This document shows positions 46,626 through 57,291 of a stretch of 64,000 nt of DNA, in pieces (the stretch's first letter is position 1; each line of letters starts with the position of its first letter). The position numbers and the translations under genes were made by a program. The DNA comes from Deltaproteobacteria bacterium (lineage in GTDB: Bacteria > Myxococcota_A > UBA9160 > UBA6930), in the NCBI GenBank assembly GCA_016875395.1, contig VGRF01000004.1, positions 138,215 through 202,214 on the forward strand. Reading direction: 5' to 3'. Below the pieces are notes generated by a model, which did no database searches, had not been told where the DNA came from, and saw only the letters and a program-made list of their open reading frames with translations.

Positions 46626-47786
46626 TCAGAACACTTCGCGCAGCGTTTGCGCCACGGGCTTGCGCGATGCGCCGAACGCCGGGAACGCGCCGCTGACGAT
46701 GCCGATGAAGAACGCGATGAACAGCGTCTGCACGAGCACGGCGTTGCTCACGAAGAACGCGTTCATCGGGCCTGCGCCGCCCGCACCAGCGGTGATCGAG
46801 CGCAGCGCGTTCGTTGCGCCGATCGAGAGCAACACGCCGGCCGCGCCCGCGAGCGTCGAGAGCAGCGCGGCTTCCACCACGAGCGTCGCGAACAACGTGC
46901 GCCAGCGGAAGCCGAGCGCCTTCATGATCGCGAACTCGCCCATGCGCTCGCGCACCGACATGCTCGCGGTGTTCGCGGCGATGAACACGATGCAGAGCGT
47001 CACCACGCCCGCGACGATGAGCAGAATCGTCACGTAGCCCTGCGCGCTGCTCATCATGTTCGAGAAGAACGCCTTCTCCGTTTCGGACGCAGTCTCGGCT
47101 TCGCTGTTGCGGAACGTCTCGTCGATGCGTGCGATCAGTGGTGTCACGAGGCTCGCGTCGTCGATGCGCGCCCAGATCGTGCCCGTCGTGTCGAACGAGA
47201 AGCCCTGCGCGAGCATCGCTTGCTCGAGGTACTCGCGAGAGAGCCACACGAACGGGCCGCGCTCGATCGTGCCCACGATGCGCAGCTGCGCCTCCACGGG
47301 TAAGATCGTGCTCTTGAGCGTGATCAGATCGCCGACCTTCCAGCCTTGCTGCTGCATCGTCATCGTGCCGACCAGCGCCGCGTCTCGGTATTTCTCGAAG
47401 TCGTCGAGAGCCTGAGGCTCGATCTTCCAGTCTTCGAACACGACCCGCACATGGTCGGCGTCGACGGCGAAGTTCGGGAACTGGACGCCCTTGTCCTCGT
47501 CCACCACGCCGCCGAACCATTGGTAGGACGCGACGTCCACCACGCCCGGCATCGCGCGCACCTTGTTCACGTACGAGTACGGCAGCGAGTAGGTGAGGCC
47601 CGCCTGGTTGTGCACGGAGATGCGCGTGCCCGTCGACATGCGGTCGAGCATCGAGTCGAGCGCTGCGGGCAGCATGCGCAGCACGCAAACCATGGCGACC
47701 GCGAAGGCGATGGCGACGCCAGTGATCGCGCTGCGCAGCTTGTTGCGGCCGAGGTTCTTCCAGACGAGCGGTGCGTACTTCAGCAT
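46626..47786 (-). CDS. ABC transporter permease, FtsX/MacB-type (second paralogue)
   Basis: Same architecture as the neighbouring permease ([17 protein letters not shown]). Confidence 0.85.
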   Translation of the reverse strand: MLKYAPLVWKNLGRNKLRSAITGVAIAFAVAMVCVLRMLPAALDSMLDRMSTGTRISVHNQAGLTYSLPYSYVNKVRAMPGVVDVASYQWFGGVVDEDKGVQFPNFAVDADHVRVVFEDWKIEPQALDDFEKYRDAALVGTMTMQQQGWKVGDLITLKSTILPVEAQLRIVGTIERGPFVWLSREYLEQAMLAQGFSFDTTGTIWARIDDASLVTPLIARIDETFRNSEAETASETEKAFFSNMMSSAQGYVTILLIVAGVVTLCIVFIAANTASMSVRERMGEFAIMKALGFRWRTLFATLVVEAALLSTLAGAAGVLLSIGATNALRSITAGAGGAGPMNAFFVSNAVLVQTLFIAFFIGIVSGAFPAFGASRKPVAQTLREVF

Positions 47787-47787
47787 G

Positions 47788-48486
<699 letters not shown>

Positions 48487-48627
48487 GAGCAACTCCTGCG
48501 GTGCGCCGCGAGCCCCACTCTAGGCGCGCTCGCGGGCGCGCGCTTGATCGCCGTTGCCGCACGCTAGCTCGCCCGTCAGGCTGTGCCGCTCACTTCGCGC
48601 GCCGGCGCGGCCGATACGAGGCCCCTC

Positions 48628-49290
48628 ATGCTCGAGCTTATCCGAAGCCTCGTCGACTTCATCCTGCACATCGACAAGCACCTCGTGAAGCTCGCCGCCG
48701 AACTCGGCGCGTGGCTCTACGTGGTGCTCTTCGGAATCGTCTTCTGCGAGACGGGCCTCGTGATCCTGCCGCTCTTGCCCGGCGACTCACTGCTCTTCGC
48801 GACCGGCGCCCTGATCGCCGCGCCCGGCTCGCCGCTCGATCTCGGCTTCACGCTCGCCCTCCTGATCGCGGCGGCGATCCTCGGCGACGCCGTGAACTAC
48901 GCGATCGGCGCGTACGTGGGCCCGCAGGTCTTCACCGAGCGCTCGCGGCTGCTCAACCCGAAGTACGTGCTGCGCACCGAAGCCTTCTACGCGAAGTACG
49001 GCAAGAAGACGATCTTCCTCGCGCGCTTCGTGCCGATCGTGCGCACGTTTGCGCCGTTCCTGGCCGGCATCGGCCGCATGCCCTACCGCGAGTTCGCCGT
49101 CTACAACGTGACCGGCGCCATCGCGTGGGTCTCGCTCTGCACGCTTGCGGGCTACTTCTTCGGCCGCATCCCGTTCGTGCAGCGCTACTTCAGCAGCGTG
49201 ATTCTCGCGATCGTCGTCGTCTCGGTGCTGCCGATCGTGTTCGAGTTGGTGAAGGCGAAACTGGAAGAGCGGCGCAGCGCGGCGGCGTAA
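48628..49290 (+). CDS. DedA/VTT-family membrane protein
   Basis: FCETGLVILPLLPGDSLLFATG, and FLARFVPIVRTFAPFLAG. Confidence 0.85.
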   Translation: MLELIRSLVDFILHIDKHLVKLAAELGAWLYVVLFGIVFCETGLVILPLLPGDSLLFATGALIAAPGSPLDLGFTLALLIAAAILGDAVNYAIGAYVGPQVFTERSRLLNPKYVLRTEAFYAKYGKKTIFLARFVPIVRTFAPFLAGIGRMPYREFAVYNVTGAIAWVSLCTLAGYFFGRIPFVQRYFSSVILAIVVVSVLPIVFELVKAKLEERRSAAA

Positions 49291-49293
49291 CCC

Positions 49294-50106
49294 TCAGCGC
49301 ACCATGTACGGGAACTTCTCCGCGATCTTGAACTTCGGGATCAGCGTTCTGCCCTGCGTCCCGGTGAGCCAGTCCGCCAGCTTCTTGGCGGGCGCGTAGC
49401 GCGCGGTCTTGTGCTTGAGGTCGTTCACCACGAGCACGCCGAAACCGTTCTGCAGCTGCACGCCGCCGTCCACGAGCTCGATCAGGCCGTAGTGGTTCTT
49501 CTCGCGCAGCCAGGTGGGCTTGTCGACGAGCACGTACGCGCGCTTCTCGCCGGCGAGCGCGAGCGTCTTCGCCATCGACGCGTTCGCGCTGAAGTACCAC
49601 GTCCCGGCGCCCACGTCCGGCACGCGCCCGGCTTGGTTCCAGAGCCGTTTCTCGAGCGCGACCGTTCCAGAGCCATCGCCGCGCGAGACGAACGCTTGCT
49701 GCCGTTCCGAGAACGCCTTGAACGCACCGGGTGCGCTGGCGCCGTCGCCGAGCTCGGCGGGATCGTTCCGCGGGCCGGCCACCAGGTACTCGACGTACAT
49801 CACCTCGCGGCGCTCGGTCGCGTGCCGCTGCGACAGGAAGAAGTCCTCGCCCGCGCGGTCGTCGACGAGCAGCGCATCGGCCTCGCCGCGCTTGCCGAGC
49901 TCGAACGCGCGGGTCGCATCGACCGCGAGCACCTGGACCTCGATGCCGGTATCGGCGGTGAACTTCGGCAGCAGGTATGCGAGCAGCCCGGTGTCGACGA
50001 GCGCGCTCGTCGTCGCGAGCCGCACGCTCTGTTTCGGCGCGGCATGCGCGGCTCCCGCAAGCGCGAGCGCCAGACCGGCCCCGAGCATCACCCTGAGAAG
50101 TCGCAT
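49294..50106 (-). CDS. Periplasmic substrate-binding protein, tungstate/oxyanion (TupA/PBP-like) type
   Basis: Strong RBS AGGAGGAG, a signal peptide, TTSALVDTGLL and SRGDGSGT motifs. No cognate permease or ATPase is adjacent. Confidence 0.7.
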   Translation of the reverse strand: MRLLRVMLGAGLALALAGAAHAAPKQSVRLATTSALVDTGLLAYLLPKFTADTGIEVQVLAVDATRAFELGKRGEADALLVDDRAGEDFFLSQRHATERREVMYVEYLVAGPRNDPAELGDGASAPGAFKAFSERQQAFVSRGDGSGTVALEKRLWNQAGRVPDVGAGTWYFSANASMAKTLALAGEKRAYVLVDKPTWLREKNHYGLIELVDGGVQLQNGFGVLVVNDLKHKTARYAPAKKLADWLTGTQGRTLIPKFKIAEKFPYMVR

Positions 50107-50168
50107 CTCTCCTCCTCTGCGAAAGCGTGGAGCATTAGCAGCCGCGCCTTCGTATTCTGCGCCGCCTC

Positions 50169-51224
50169 ATGCTGCCTTCAGCTGCGCGCGATTCTTTCCA
50201 GCCGTCCGGTCATCCCCTGCACACGCGCTCGATTTCGCTCGACGTGTTCCAGCAGACCCCGGACCGCATCCGCGCGACTGGGACGATCCTCGACCTGCGG
50301 AAATGCGGTTTCGTGCCGAGCGGGCTCGAGGTCCAGAGCGCGGGCTTCATCCACCTGATGCACTGGCGCTGCACGCTCGACGAGCGCGGCGTGATCGAGG
50401 CGCTCGAGATCGAGCAGCCGCACGTGGCGATGGAGCGCAGCGCGGCGACGGGCGGCGAGTGCTGCCGCGATCCTGCACCGCGGCTGCAGGCGCTCGTGGG
50501 CGGCGCGATCGACGCGGGCTTCACGAAGCGGCTCGCGGGCGTGTTCGGCGGGCCGCTCGGCTGCTCGCATCTGCTCACCCTCGGCCAGGCGCTCGGCGCG
50601 TTCGTGCCGCGCGTGCTCGCGAGCCCGCAGCGGCGCGCGGGTGAGCGCGAGCCCGGCGAGCGCGTCGCAAAACAGAACCTGATGCTCGACGGCTTCGAGC
50701 GCGCGGGCACGCTCGAGCTCGCGATTCAGGCGAGCGAGTTCTGGCTCGCGCCGCAGCGCAGCGTGCGCGACTTCATCGACCGCGCGGCGCGAGCGCTCGA
50801 AGCGCGCGTGATCGGCGAGATCGCGGTCGGCGGCATGCAGCTGAACGCGCTCAGCGCCGCCGCGCGCGAACGCACGCCGGCGACCGGAGTGAGCGCGCAG
50901 TGGGAGTGCCGCGATGCGGTGGCGAGCAAGCTCGCGGGCGACTCCGCGCTGCGCGGGATGGCGGGGCGCGTGCGCGCGCTTGCCGGCGAGCTCGGCCCCG
51001 GTGACGACGGCGCGCTCATGACGCAGGCGCTGCTCAACTTCGCGCCCGCGCTGATCCAGTGCATGGCCGCGCTCACGCATCGCATGCCGCTGATGTACGA
51101 GCGCGCGAGGACCGGCGCGGGCCTCACGGCCGAAGAGAGCTCGTTCACGAGCAGCGGGGGCCAGCTCGACAGCTGTTACATGTGGCGAAGCGGCGGCGCC
51201 GCGAGTCGCCTCCGCCGCCTCTGA
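50169..51224 (+). CDS. DUF2889-like protein
   Basis: IHLMHWRCTLDERGVIEALEIEQPHV and GPLGCSHLLTLGQAL resemble the DUF2889 core. At 351 aa it is longer than typical. Assignment from memory. Confidence 0.55.
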   Translation: MLPSAARDSFQPSGHPLHTRSISLDVFQQTPDRIRATGTILDLRKCGFVPSGLEVQSAGFIHLMHWRCTLDERGVIEALEIEQPHVAMERSAATGGECCRDPAPRLQALVGGAIDAGFTKRLAGVFGGPLGCSHLLTLGQALGAFVPRVLASPQRRAGEREPGERVAKQNLMLDGFERAGTLELAIQASEFWLAPQRSVRDFIDRAARALEARVIGEIAVGGMQLNALSAAARERTPATGVSAQWECRDAVASKLAGDSALRGMAGRVRALAGELGPGDDGALMTQALLNFAPALIQCMAALTHRMPLMYERARTGAGLTAEESSFTSSGGQLDSCYMWRSGGAASRLRRL

Positions 51225-51236
51225 GGAGGACACCGC

Positions 51237-52526
51237 ATGCGCGCGCTCGCCCTCGCGCTCTGCTTCGTTGCCGCTGCGGCCCTCGCACAGGAGACGAAGC
51301 CTGCGCCTCCGCAGCGCGTCGCTGTGCGCGCAGCTCGCCTGATCGACGGCTCCGGCGCGCCGCCGATTCGCGACGCGGTGGTGCTGATCGCGGACCAACG
51401 GATCACCGCCGTCGGCCGAAGCCTCGCGATTCCCGATGGCACGCGCGTGATCGACCTCGGCGGCGCGACGCTGCTGCCAGGGCTGATCGACTGCCACACC
51501 CACATCGCGGGCGGCGACCCTGGCGACTACTACGAGCAGCTGTTCCGCCGCAGCCCGATCGACGCCGCCGTGACTGCGCACGTGTTCGCGCGCCGCACGC
51601 TGGAGGCGGGATTCACGAGCGTGCGCGAGGTCGGCGCGGAGGAGCTCGTCGACGTCGCCTTGAAGCGCGCGATCGAGCGCGGCGAGGTCGTGGGCCCGCG
51701 CATGCAAGTCGCGACGCTCGCGATCGGCGCGACGGGCGGTCACGCGGACCTGACGGGCTTCTCGCCTTACCTGCGCTTCGAGAACTTGAGCGGGATCGCG
51801 GACGGCGTCGACGGCGTGCGCAAGGCCGTGCGGCAGCGCGCGAAGTGGGGCGCGGACGTGATCAAAGTCGTCGCGACCGCCGGCGTGCTCTCCGAGGAAG
51901 AGTCCGTGGGCGCGCCGCAATACACGCAAGCGGAGCTCGACGCGCTGGTCGACGAGGCGTCGACGTGGGGCCTGCGGGTGGCGGCGCACGCGCATGGCGC
52001 CGAGGGCATCAAGCGCGCGGTGCGCGCCGGCGTCGCTTCGATCGAGCACGGCTCGCTGCTCGACGACGAGGGCATTCGGCTGATGAAGCAGCGTGGCACC
52101 GTGCTCGTCGCCGACGTCTACAACGACGACTACATCCTCGCCGAGTTCGCGCGGCTCGGATACCCGCAGAAGATCATCAACAAAGAACGCCTCATCGGTC
52201 GCACGCAGCGCGAGAGCTTCCAGCGCGCGGTGCGCGCCGGCGTGAAGGTGGCGTTCGGCAGCGATGCCGGCGTCTATCCGCACGGCTGGAACGGCAAGCA
52301 GTTCGCGCACATGGTGCGCTGGGGCCTCTCGCCGCTCGAAGCGATCACCGCCGCCACGTCGCGGGCTGCCGAGCTGCTCGGCTGGGAAGATCGCGCGGGC
52401 CGCGTGGCGCCGGGTCTCTACGCCGACCTGATCGCAGTCGCGGGCGACCCGCTGACGGACGTGACCGAGCTCGAGCGGGTGACCTGGGTGATGAAGGGCG
52501 GCGTGGTCGTGAAGGACGCGCGCTAG
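51237..52526 (+). CDS. Secreted amidohydrolase-family metallohydrolase
   Basis: GAGGAGGA RBS, a signal peptide, LLPGLIDCHTHI, and HAHGAEGI...IEHG. Confidence 0.85.
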   Translation: MRALALALCFVAAAALAQETKPAPPQRVAVRAARLIDGSGAPPIRDAVVLIADQRITAVGRSLAIPDGTRVIDLGGATLLPGLIDCHTHIAGGDPGDYYEQLFRRSPIDAAVTAHVFARRTLEAGFTSVREVGAEELVDVALKRAIERGEVVGPRMQVATLAIGATGGHADLTGFSPYLRFENLSGIADGVDGVRKAVRQRAKWGADVIKVVATAGVLSEEESVGAPQYTQAELDALVDEASTWGLRVAAHAHGAEGIKRAVRAGVASIEHGSLLDDEGIRLMKQRGTVLVADVYNDDYILAEFARLGYPQKIINKERLIGRTQRESFQRAVRAGVKVAFGSDAGVYPHGWNGKQFAHMVRWGLSPLEAITAATSRAAELLGWEDRAGRVAPGLYADLIAVAGDPLTDVTELERVTWVMKGGVVVKDAR

Positions 52527-53737
52527 GCGCTGCCGCGCTTCGGCCCGAGAAAGAAGAGCAGCACGGCAGCGACGGTTGTTAGGGCGGCGAAGGTGGCGAA
52601 GGCGGGCTCGAAGCGGCCGGTGGCGGCGAAGACGGACATCGGGAACTGCACGCCGGACATGGTGAACGGGAGCATGAAGAGGCCCATCGCTCCCATCACG
52701 CTGCCGAAGCTCTCGGGGGCGAAGCGATCGCCGATCGTGGCAGTCCAGAGTGCGGTGAGACCCTGCGCGACGCCGGTGACGATCGCCATCGGCATGAGCC
52801 AGCTCGTGGGCGGCGTGGTGGCGAGCAGCGCGCAGCACGCGATCAGCGGCGCGAACGCGCTCCAGATCAGTGCTTTGCGCGAGAAGCGGTCGGCGAGGCG
52901 ACCGAACGCGAGGTTGGCGCCGATGCCGACGACGGCGCTCGCGAACAACAAGTTGCCGACGAAAGCGTTGGTCAGCTCGCGCGTTTGCGTGGCGTACGGT
53001 GGGTAGGCGTTGCCGAGGCTCACGAGCGCGCCGAACGCGAGGCCGAAGGCGAGCGTCAGCACCCAGAAGTTGCGGTCGCGCAGGTAGCTGCGGTCGGCCG
53101 GCGCCGCCGGAACGCCCGGCGCGTGCGTAGGCGCTGCGGACTTCGCCTCGCGCACGAGCGCGAGCACGAGCGGCAGCGTCGCGGCGAACGCGAGTCCGCA
53201 CGCCGCGACGGCGCCGCGCCAACCCCACGCGCCGATCGCGAGCGGAATCAGCTTCGGGCCGAGCAGCGCGCCGATCGATGGGCCCACCGCGTTGATGCCG
53301 AGGGCGGTGCCCGGCTGATCGGGGAACCAGTCGACCACGAGCTTCGAGCACGGCATCGGCCCGAGGCCGACCGCGCCGGCAGCGACGAGCAGCGAGAAGC
53401 CGATGCCGGCCACGGCCAGCGAGTCCGCGACGTAGATCAGCGCGCAGCCGAGCGCGGAGACGACGGCGCCGCCGAGCATGATCACGCGCGGCCCGATGCG
53501 GTCGACGAGCGGCCCGAGCGCGAGACCTGCGAACGCCTGCGCGGGGAGGAACAGCACGAAGCCGAGCGAGACCGTGGCGATGCTCGCCTCGAACTCCGCG
53601 GCGACGGGCACCTGCATGAAGCCGAACGCCACGAGCGTCGCGCCGACGCTGACGGCCTGCACCGCGAGCGCGCCGGCGAGCGCGAGCCAGCGCGCGGCGC
53701 CGGCGGAAGTCGTTGCGGACGCGGCGGCTTCGCTCAC
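52523..53737 (-). CDS. MFS transporter
   Basis: About 12 predicted hydrophobic helices, a GRLADRFSRK loop motif, and a GTG start with GAGGAG. Confidence 0.85.
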   Translation of the reverse strand: MSEAAASATTSAGAARWLALAGALAVQAVSVGATLVAFGFMQVPVAAEFEASIATVSLGFVLFLPAQAFAGLALGPLVDRIGPRVIMLGGAVVSALGCALIYVADSLAVAGIGFSLLVAAGAVGLGPMPCSKLVVDWFPDQPGTALGINAVGPSIGALLGPKLIPLAIGAWGWRGAVAACGLAFAATLPLVLALVREAKSAAPTHAPGVPAAPADRSYLRDRNFWVLTLAFGLAFGALVSLGNAYPPYATQTRELTNAFVGNLLFASAVVGIGANLAFGRLADRFSRKALIWSAFAPLIACCALLATTPPTSWLMPMAIVTGVAQGLTALWTATIGDRFAPESFGSVMGAMGLFMLPFTMSGVQFPMSVFAATGRFEPAFATFAALTTVAAVLLFFLGPKRGSA

Positions 53738-53794
53738 GGGCGCTCCTCGGTCTCGCGCGAGTAGCGCACTTGCCTCCGCGATTGCTCGCGCGCG

Positions 53795-54736
53795 TCAGCG
53801 CAGCGCGGCGGCGAGCCACTCCTCGATGTCGCGATTCGCGCGCTTCGCGATCGCCGTGCCCGCGGCGAGCCCGTCGAAGCCGTGCGGCGCGCCGGGGTAG
53901 ACGTGCAGCTCGGTCGCCACGCCCGCGCGCCGCAGCCGCGCGGCGTAGTCGATGTCCTCGTCCGAGAACCCGTCGAGCGCGCCCACCGAGATGAACGTGC
54001 GCGGGAGGCGCGAGAGATCGCTCGCGCGCGCAGGCGCCGCGTATGCCGGCACCGCAGCGTCGCCCAGCTCGCCGAGGTAGCTGCGCCAGCCGTAGCGATT
54101 CGCGCTGGGCGGCCACACCGGGTCGATCCACTGCGACGACGCGGTGATCATGCGGTCGTCGAGCATGGGGTAGATCAGCGCCTGGAACGCGAGCGCGATC
54201 TCGCCGCGATCGCGCGCGAGCAGCGCAAGCCCGGCCGCGAGGCCGCCGCCCGCGCTCGCGCCGCCGATGCCGAGCCGCCGCGGGTCGACGCCGAGCGCCG
54301 CGGCGTTGTCCCGCACCCAGCGCAGCCCGACATAACAATCCTCGAGCGGCTCCGGGTAGCGCGACTCGGGCGCGAGCCGGTAATCGACCGACACGCCCAC
54401 GCAGCTCAGCGACTGGCACCAGCGGTCGAAGCGCAGATCGTCCTGCTTGTTATTGCCGAGGATCAGGCCGCCGCCGTGGATCCAGTACACGCACGGCAGC
54501 GCGCCGCTCGCGCCCTTCGGGCGATGTACGCGCACGCTCACCCCGGCGCGGCCAGGGATCGCGTGGTCGCTGCGCTCCACCTGATCCGAGAGCGGCAGCG
54601 GCGGCGCCGCCGCGAAGCCCGCGCGAATCGCGGGCAGCGTCGCGTCGGAGAGGATGCCGAGATCGAAGGGAATCGCGGTGAGCGCGGCGGCGACCTCGGG
54701 ATCGAGCAGCGCGCGAACGTCGAGCGGAGTGGACAT
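53795..54736 (-). CDS. Alpha/beta hydrolase, HSL-type esterase/lipase
   Basis: HGGG oxyanion motif (WIHGGGLILG), GxSxG (GGASAGG), and C-terminal catalytic Asp/His candidates (VGALDGF, GAPHGF). Start at ATG 54736. Confidence 0.85.
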   Translation of the reverse strand: MSTPLDVRALLDPEVAAALTAIPFDLGILSDATLPAIRAGFAAAPPLPLSDQVERSDHAIPGRAGVSVRVHRPKGASGALPCVYWIHGGGLILGNNKQDDLRFDRWCQSLSCVGVSVDYRLAPESRYPEPLEDCYVGLRWVRDNAAALGVDPRRLGIGGASAGGGLAAGLALLARDRGEIALAFQALIYPMLDDRMITASSQWIDPVWPPSANRYGWRSYLGELGDAAVPAYAAPARASDLSRLPRTFISVGALDGFSDEDIDYAARLRRAGVATELHVYPGAPHGFDGLAAGTAIAKRANRDIEEWLAAALR

Positions 54737-54813
54737 GCGGAGCCTCGCGGTGAAGGGAGGCGCGCACGTTACGCGCATGGCCGTGCGCGGCGCTCGCGTG
54801 ATAGAACGCGCGC

Positions 54814-55248
54814 ATGCCGACCCCGACGCGCAGGCAGCTCCTCGACTGGGCCACGAACTACGTCGCGCTGTGGAACGCGGGCGACAAGGCCGCGTGGGCC
54901 GCGAACTGGCGCGCCGTCGCGCCCGGCGAGTTCCGCATGCTCGACCCGGTCGGCACGCCCGAGAAGCGCGGCTTCGAGCAGTGCGCCCTGAACGCCTTCG
55001 ATCTCTTCCAACCGCACGTGCGCTTCCGCGTCATCCCGGGCACGCAGCACGTGTGCGGCAACGAAGTCGCGTGGCTGCTCGAGAACTCGTTCGTGAACGA
55101 GCCCACACGCGCGCCGCACCTCTCGATCGAGACGTATCGCTTCGAGGAGAACGGCGACATCGTGATCCGCACCTACTACCGCGTCCCGTCCCACGACGAC
55201 GGCCACGCGGGCGAGTTGTTCAAGACGTACTTGCCCGCCGGCCAGTAA
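54814..55248 (+). CDS. NTF2/SnoaL-like protein
   Basis: LLDWATNYVALWNAGDKAAW N-terminus, typical of the ester-cyclase/SnoaL fold; 144 aa. Confidence 0.75.
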   Translation: MPTPTRRQLLDWATNYVALWNAGDKAAWAANWRAVAPGEFRMLDPVGTPEKRGFEQCALNAFDLFQPHVRFRVIPGTQHVCGNEVAWLLENSFVNEPTRAPHLSIETYRFEENGDIVIRTYYRVPSHDDGHAGELFKTYLPAGQ

Positions 55249-55405
55249 CAACTCGCTCCCGGTCAACCGACGCGCATCTGCACACGCGCAGCGCGCGGGA
55301 GGCGCGCCTCAACGGCGCGCCGATCCGCGCCCGCCCCAAGCAATCTCGACTTCACCGTCGAGCAAGGAGCAGCCGCGGCGGGGCCGGGGGCGGCGGAGGC
55401 GAAAT
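55243..55405 (+). repeat. Intergenic repeat family R, copy 2 (52-nt core 55283..55334 identical to 1253..1304)
   Basis: It starts at the stop codon with TAACAACTC (55246..55254), as copy 1 does. The core is identical and the flanks are about 75% similar. Confidence 0.75.
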
Positions 55406-55627
55406 CAAGCGCAGCTCGGCCGCGATCACCGTGCAGCGGGACACCTCGGCGCATCGTGTTCGCCGCGACCGCTGGTGCGCCCCCCCCAGAGCGGCCGCCA
55501 GCGAGCCATTCGCCGCAGCCGCCCCCGGCCCCGCCGCGGCTGCGGACACGCGCCTCCTCGGTCATCTGCCCCCCGGCATGAGCCCGCACTCACCGTGGTA
55601 CGGTGCCGAAGGACGAGGAGAATCGAG

Positions 55628-57265
55628 ATGGCGGAGATCAATGGCGGCGTCATCGCCGCGCGGCAGCTGAAGAAGTCCGGCATCGACACGATGTTCGGTG
55701 TCGTCGCAGGGCCGATGATCGAGTTGTTCGGCGGCGGCGCGCAGGAGAACCTCAAAGTCGTCGGCTGCCGCCACGAGATCAACGGCGGCTTCATGGCCTC
55801 GAGCTGGGGCTGGCAGAAGAAGGAGCCCGGCGTGCTCGTGGTCGGCTCCGGGCCCGCGATGACGAACACGATCACGCCGCTCTACGTCGCGACCGAGAGC
55901 GCGATGCCGCTCGTGGTGCTCGGCGGCTCGGCATTCGGCGGCACGCTCGGGCTCGGCGCGTTCCAGGAGCTGAACCAGGTCGCGGCGGCGAAGCCCGTGT
56001 GCAAGTGGACCGGACAGGTCGACGCGACAGAGCGCATCGGCGAGTGGATCCATCTCGCGCTCGCGAAGGCGCTCGAAGGGCGACCGGGCGGCGTGTACCT
56101 CGACTTCCCCGGTCACCTCGTCTCGCGCAAGGTCGCGGAGGAGACCGTGCGTTATTACGGCGCGCCCGAAGTGACGCGCCCGCATCCCGACCCGAACGCG
56201 ATCGCGCGCGCGGCGGACCTGCTCGAATCCGCGGAGCGGCCGCTCGTGCTCGTCGGCAAGGGAGCGGCGTGGGCCGACGCGCGCGACGCGATCACGAAGC
56301 TGGTCGACCTCGGCATCCCGTACATCACCTCCCCCATGGCTCGCGGCACGCTGCCCGACGATCACCCGAACTTCGCGAACGCCGCGCGCTCGCACGCGAT
56401 GAAGAACGCCGACGTCGTGCTGATGATCGGCGGGCGCTTCAACTGGATCTTCGGCCTCGGCCGCCGTTTCGCGAAGGGCGCGAAGATCGTGCAGATCGAC
56501 CTCGCGCCGGAGGAGATGACGTCCGGCGCCGATGTCGCGCTCGGCATCGTGGCCGACGCCGCGGTCGCGACGGAGCAGCTCGCGAACGCGGTGTCGAAGC
56601 GCAAGCTGCGCAGCACCGGCGGCGCGTGGCTCAGCTCGCTGCGCGCGGAGCGCGAGCGCAACGAGGCCGGCGCGGCGAAGGCGATTCACGACGCCTCGAT
56701 CCCGATCAACCCGTACCGACTCGTTCAGGAGGTCGCCGCCGCATTGCCGCGCGACGCGATCGTCACCGAAGAGGGCGAGATGATCATGGGCGTGTGCCGC
56801 GCGATGCTGCCCAGCTACGAGAACCGCGGGCGCCTGAACGCCGGCACCACGGGCTGCATGGGCGTCGGCGCGCCGTACGCGATCGGCGCGAAGCTCGCGT
56901 GCCCGAACAAACCCAGCGTGGCGGTGCTCGGCGACTACGCCTTCGGCGCCGCCGCGATGAGCGTCGAGACTGCGGTGCGCGTGGGCGCCGCGCCGGTGCT
57001 CGTGGTCGCCAACAACGAGGGCATCGCGGGCCACATGCTGCAGGACGCGTTCATGCCGCCGGGCGCGCCGCGCATCGCGTCGCTCTTGCCTGCGCGCTAC
57101 GAGCTGATGGCCGAGATGGTCGGCGCGCACGCGGAGTACGTGGAGCGCCCCGAGCAGATCCGCCCCGCGCTCGATCGGGCGCTCGCCGCCGACAAGCTCT
57201 CGATCGTGCACGTGCGCATCGACCCGAAGGCCGCGCGGCTCGGCGGGACGAACTACTTGCAATAA
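55628..57265 (+). CDS. ThDP-dependent enzyme of the oxalyl-CoA decarboxylase / 2-hydroxyacyl-CoA lyase family
   Basis: Collinear with the OXC sequence as I recall it (IDTMFGVV, GRPGGVYLDFP, AIARAADLL, RPLVLVGKGAAW, GIPYITSPMARGTLPDDHP, GTTGCMGVGAPY, GDYAFG, NNEGI). Confidence 0.8.
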   Translation: MAEINGGVIAARQLKKSGIDTMFGVVAGPMIELFGGGAQENLKVVGCRHEINGGFMASSWGWQKKEPGVLVVGSGPAMTNTITPLYVATESAMPLVVLGGSAFGGTLGLGAFQELNQVAAAKPVCKWTGQVDATERIGEWIHLALAKALEGRPGGVYLDFPGHLVSRKVAEETVRYYGAPEVTRPHPDPNAIARAADLLESAERPLVLVGKGAAWADARDAITKLVDLGIPYITSPMARGTLPDDHPNFANAARSHAMKNADVVLMIGGRFNWIFGLGRRFAKGAKIVQIDLAPEEMTSGADVALGIVADAAVATEQLANAVSKRKLRSTGGAWLSSLRAERERNEAGAAKAIHDASIPINPYRLVQEVAAALPRDAIVTEEGEMIMGVCRAMLPSYENRGRLNAGTTGCMGVGAPYAIGAKLACPNKPSVAVLGDYAFGAAAMSVETAVRVGAAPVLVVANNEGIAGHMLQDAFMPPGAPRIASLLPARYELMAEMVGAHAEYVERPEQIRPALDRALAADKLSIVHVRIDPKAARLGGTNYLQ

Positions 57266-57291
57266 CAACCCCGCGCTTCGGAGGTCTCGCC

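Noticed and set aside
48493-48627. Sigma70 promoter TTGATC-N15-TAGCTC between the ABC operon and dedA
   Set aside because: Poor spacing and a weak -10 element; not supportable by eye.
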